Positions 62,753 through 64,000 of a stretch of 64,000 bases of DNA are shown piece by piece. Where the stretch lies: contig CAVUZH010000018.1 of assembly GCA_963745835.1 (NCBI GenBank), forward strand, positions 448,001 through 512,000, read 5' to 3'. The translations under genes and the position numbers were made by a program. Each line of letters starts with the position of its first letter. Position 1 is the first letter of the stretch. Origin of the DNA: an uncultured delta proteobacterium (lineage in GTDB: Bacteria; Desulfobacterota; Binatia; UBA9968). Below the pieces are notes generated by a model that did not search any database, had not been told where the DNA came from, and was given only the letters and a program-made list of their open reading frames with translations.

Positions 62753-63847
62753 ATGAGCAAGTTCCGCACTGTCGATGCTGACGGCCATGTCGAAGAAGCT
62801 CACGTCAATTGGGCAGATCGAATAGCCGAGCCGTACCGAAAAATGGCGCCCCAACCGCGTCCGGCGACCGACAGCCACTGGCGCCTTGTGATGGAAGGGA
62901 AACCGTGGCCGATACCGAACGGCTCGGGCGTCGGCATCGGTGGACCTTACAGCCGTCCACATCCGCGACGGGACGGAATGAAAGATCCAAACTCACGGCT
63001 TGCCGACATGGACAACGAGGGGATTGATCTCGCCGTGCTTTTCGGCGGCGGCATTGCGGGAACCATTCCGGCTCTTGAAAACGCCGGCTTCGCAACTGCC
63101 TTGGCGCGCGCTCGCAATGATTGGCTGGCCGAGTATTGCGCGGCGAATCCGTCCCGATTAAAAGGTGTTGCCGTCCTTCCCCAACAGGATATCGCCGCAT
63201 CCGTTGCCGAACTGAAGCGTAGCGTGAGCGAGTTGGGATTTATTGGCGTGTCTCTGCTGCCCAACCTGCGCGGGCGTCACTTGGGCGATCCATACTTCTT
63301 TCCCATCTACGAAGAGGCCGAGCGTTTGAACGTGCCGATATGCGTGCACATGTTTCTCGGCCGTTATGGCTCCGAGGCGACCGGCACGACACGCTTCGAC
63401 AAATTCTTTTATGTCCATCTTTTCGGCCATCCGTTCGAACAGATGATCGCATTATCGGTGCTCGCCGGCGAAGGCGTATTGGACCGCTTTCCGAAGCTTC
63501 GATTTGTTTTTCTGGAATCCGGCTGCGGCTGGGTGCCTTACTGGTTGGATCGTCTCAATGAACACTATGAGGTGCTTGGCGTCCAGCTGCCGGCGCTCAA
63601 GACCGAGCCCGGCAAGCTGTTACAGCGCGGGCAACTCTATTTCTCATGCGAGCCGGATGAGACCGAGCTGCCCCACGTGGTAGACACGATCGGTGACGAC
63701 TGGATTGTTTTCGCCTCGGATTACAGCCATTTCGATAGCCGGTTTCCCGGCGCCTCCGAGCCGATTGTAGAAAACCAAAAGCTCAATGAGGTCGCAAAAC
63801 GGAAGATTCTCAACGACAACGCGCGCCGGCTTTATCCGCTTGGTTAA
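62753..63847 (+). CDS. Amidohydrolase_2 family metal-dependent hydrolase/decarboxylase
   Basis: VDADGHV, RLADMDNEGID, RFPKLRFVFLESG and FASDYSH motifs. Confidence 0.9.
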   Translation: MSKFRTVDADGHVEEAHVNWADRIAEPYRKMAPQPRPATDSHWRLVMEGKPWPIPNGSGVGIGGPYSRPHPRRDGMKDPNSRLADMDNEGIDLAVLFGGGIAGTIPALENAGFATALARARNDWLAEYCAANPSRLKGVAVLPQQDIAASVAELKRSVSELGFIGVSLLPNLRGRHLGDPYFFPIYEEAERLNVPICVHMFLGRYGSEATGTTRFDKFFYVHLFGHPFEQMIALSVLAGEGVLDRFPKLRFVFLESGCGWVPYWLDRLNEHYEVLGVQLPALKTEPGKLLQRGQLYFSCEPDETELPHVVDTIGDDWIVFASDYSHFDSRFPGASEPIVENQKLNEVAKRKILNDNARRLYPLG

Positions 63848-63856
63848 GGAGCGGCT

Positions 63857-64000
63857 ATGACTCGCCGATCGATTGTCATCGTCTATTTAGCATCGCTGAT
63901 CCTTGCCGTGCCGCAACTCTGCGCCCAAGCAACCGCTGAAAACGTGAAGGTCGGCATTCCTTCGCTGACAGTGACGATGATGCCGCTGGCGGTCGCCAAG
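63857..64000 (+). CDS. Probable ABC substrate-binding protein, 3'-truncated by the window edge
   Basis: RBS AAGGAG; signal peptide then VKVGIPS...PLAVAK. Confidence 0.65.
   Translation, partial: MTRRSIVIVYLASLILAVPQLCAQATAENVKVGIPSLTVTMMPLAVAK

Overview
GC-rich bacterial chromosomal window. The many NitT/TauT-type substrate-binding proteins, amidohydrolases and short-period palindromic intergenic elements suggest a soil Candidatus Binatia/deltaproteobacterial-type genome; this is inference only. I found no rRNA, tRNA or CRISPR array. The most striking signal is a 20-bp palindrome, TATTGGAC-CAAA-GTCCAATA, present six times in the same orientation in intergenic DNA between 2.5 and 19.6 kb. Each copy lies upstream of a + strand gene or operon. 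The genes they precede form an envelope/lipid-flavoured cluster: patatin, DUF502, membrane proteins, SYLF/Ysc84, an ABC binding protein, an AsmA-like protein, a phospholipase D and small exported proteins. The GGAC-N4-GTCC core resembles the DosR (NarL/LuxR) box, suggesting an undescribed regulon whose regulator lies outside the window. The rest holds an AraC regulator, an orphan PstS, a MoxR-DUF58-VWA operon, a pseudogene graveyard (34.3-37.1 kb), an IS1202-type element with a 15-bp target duplication abutting a TTGACA, several MITEs (one nested), an unannotated 45-aa histone-H1-like protein, catabolic enzymes, a stand-alone LigD-type primase-polymerase and an FRG-domain gene. Six isolated +1 frameshifts look like sequencing errors. 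All family calls come from motif recognition, not database searches.
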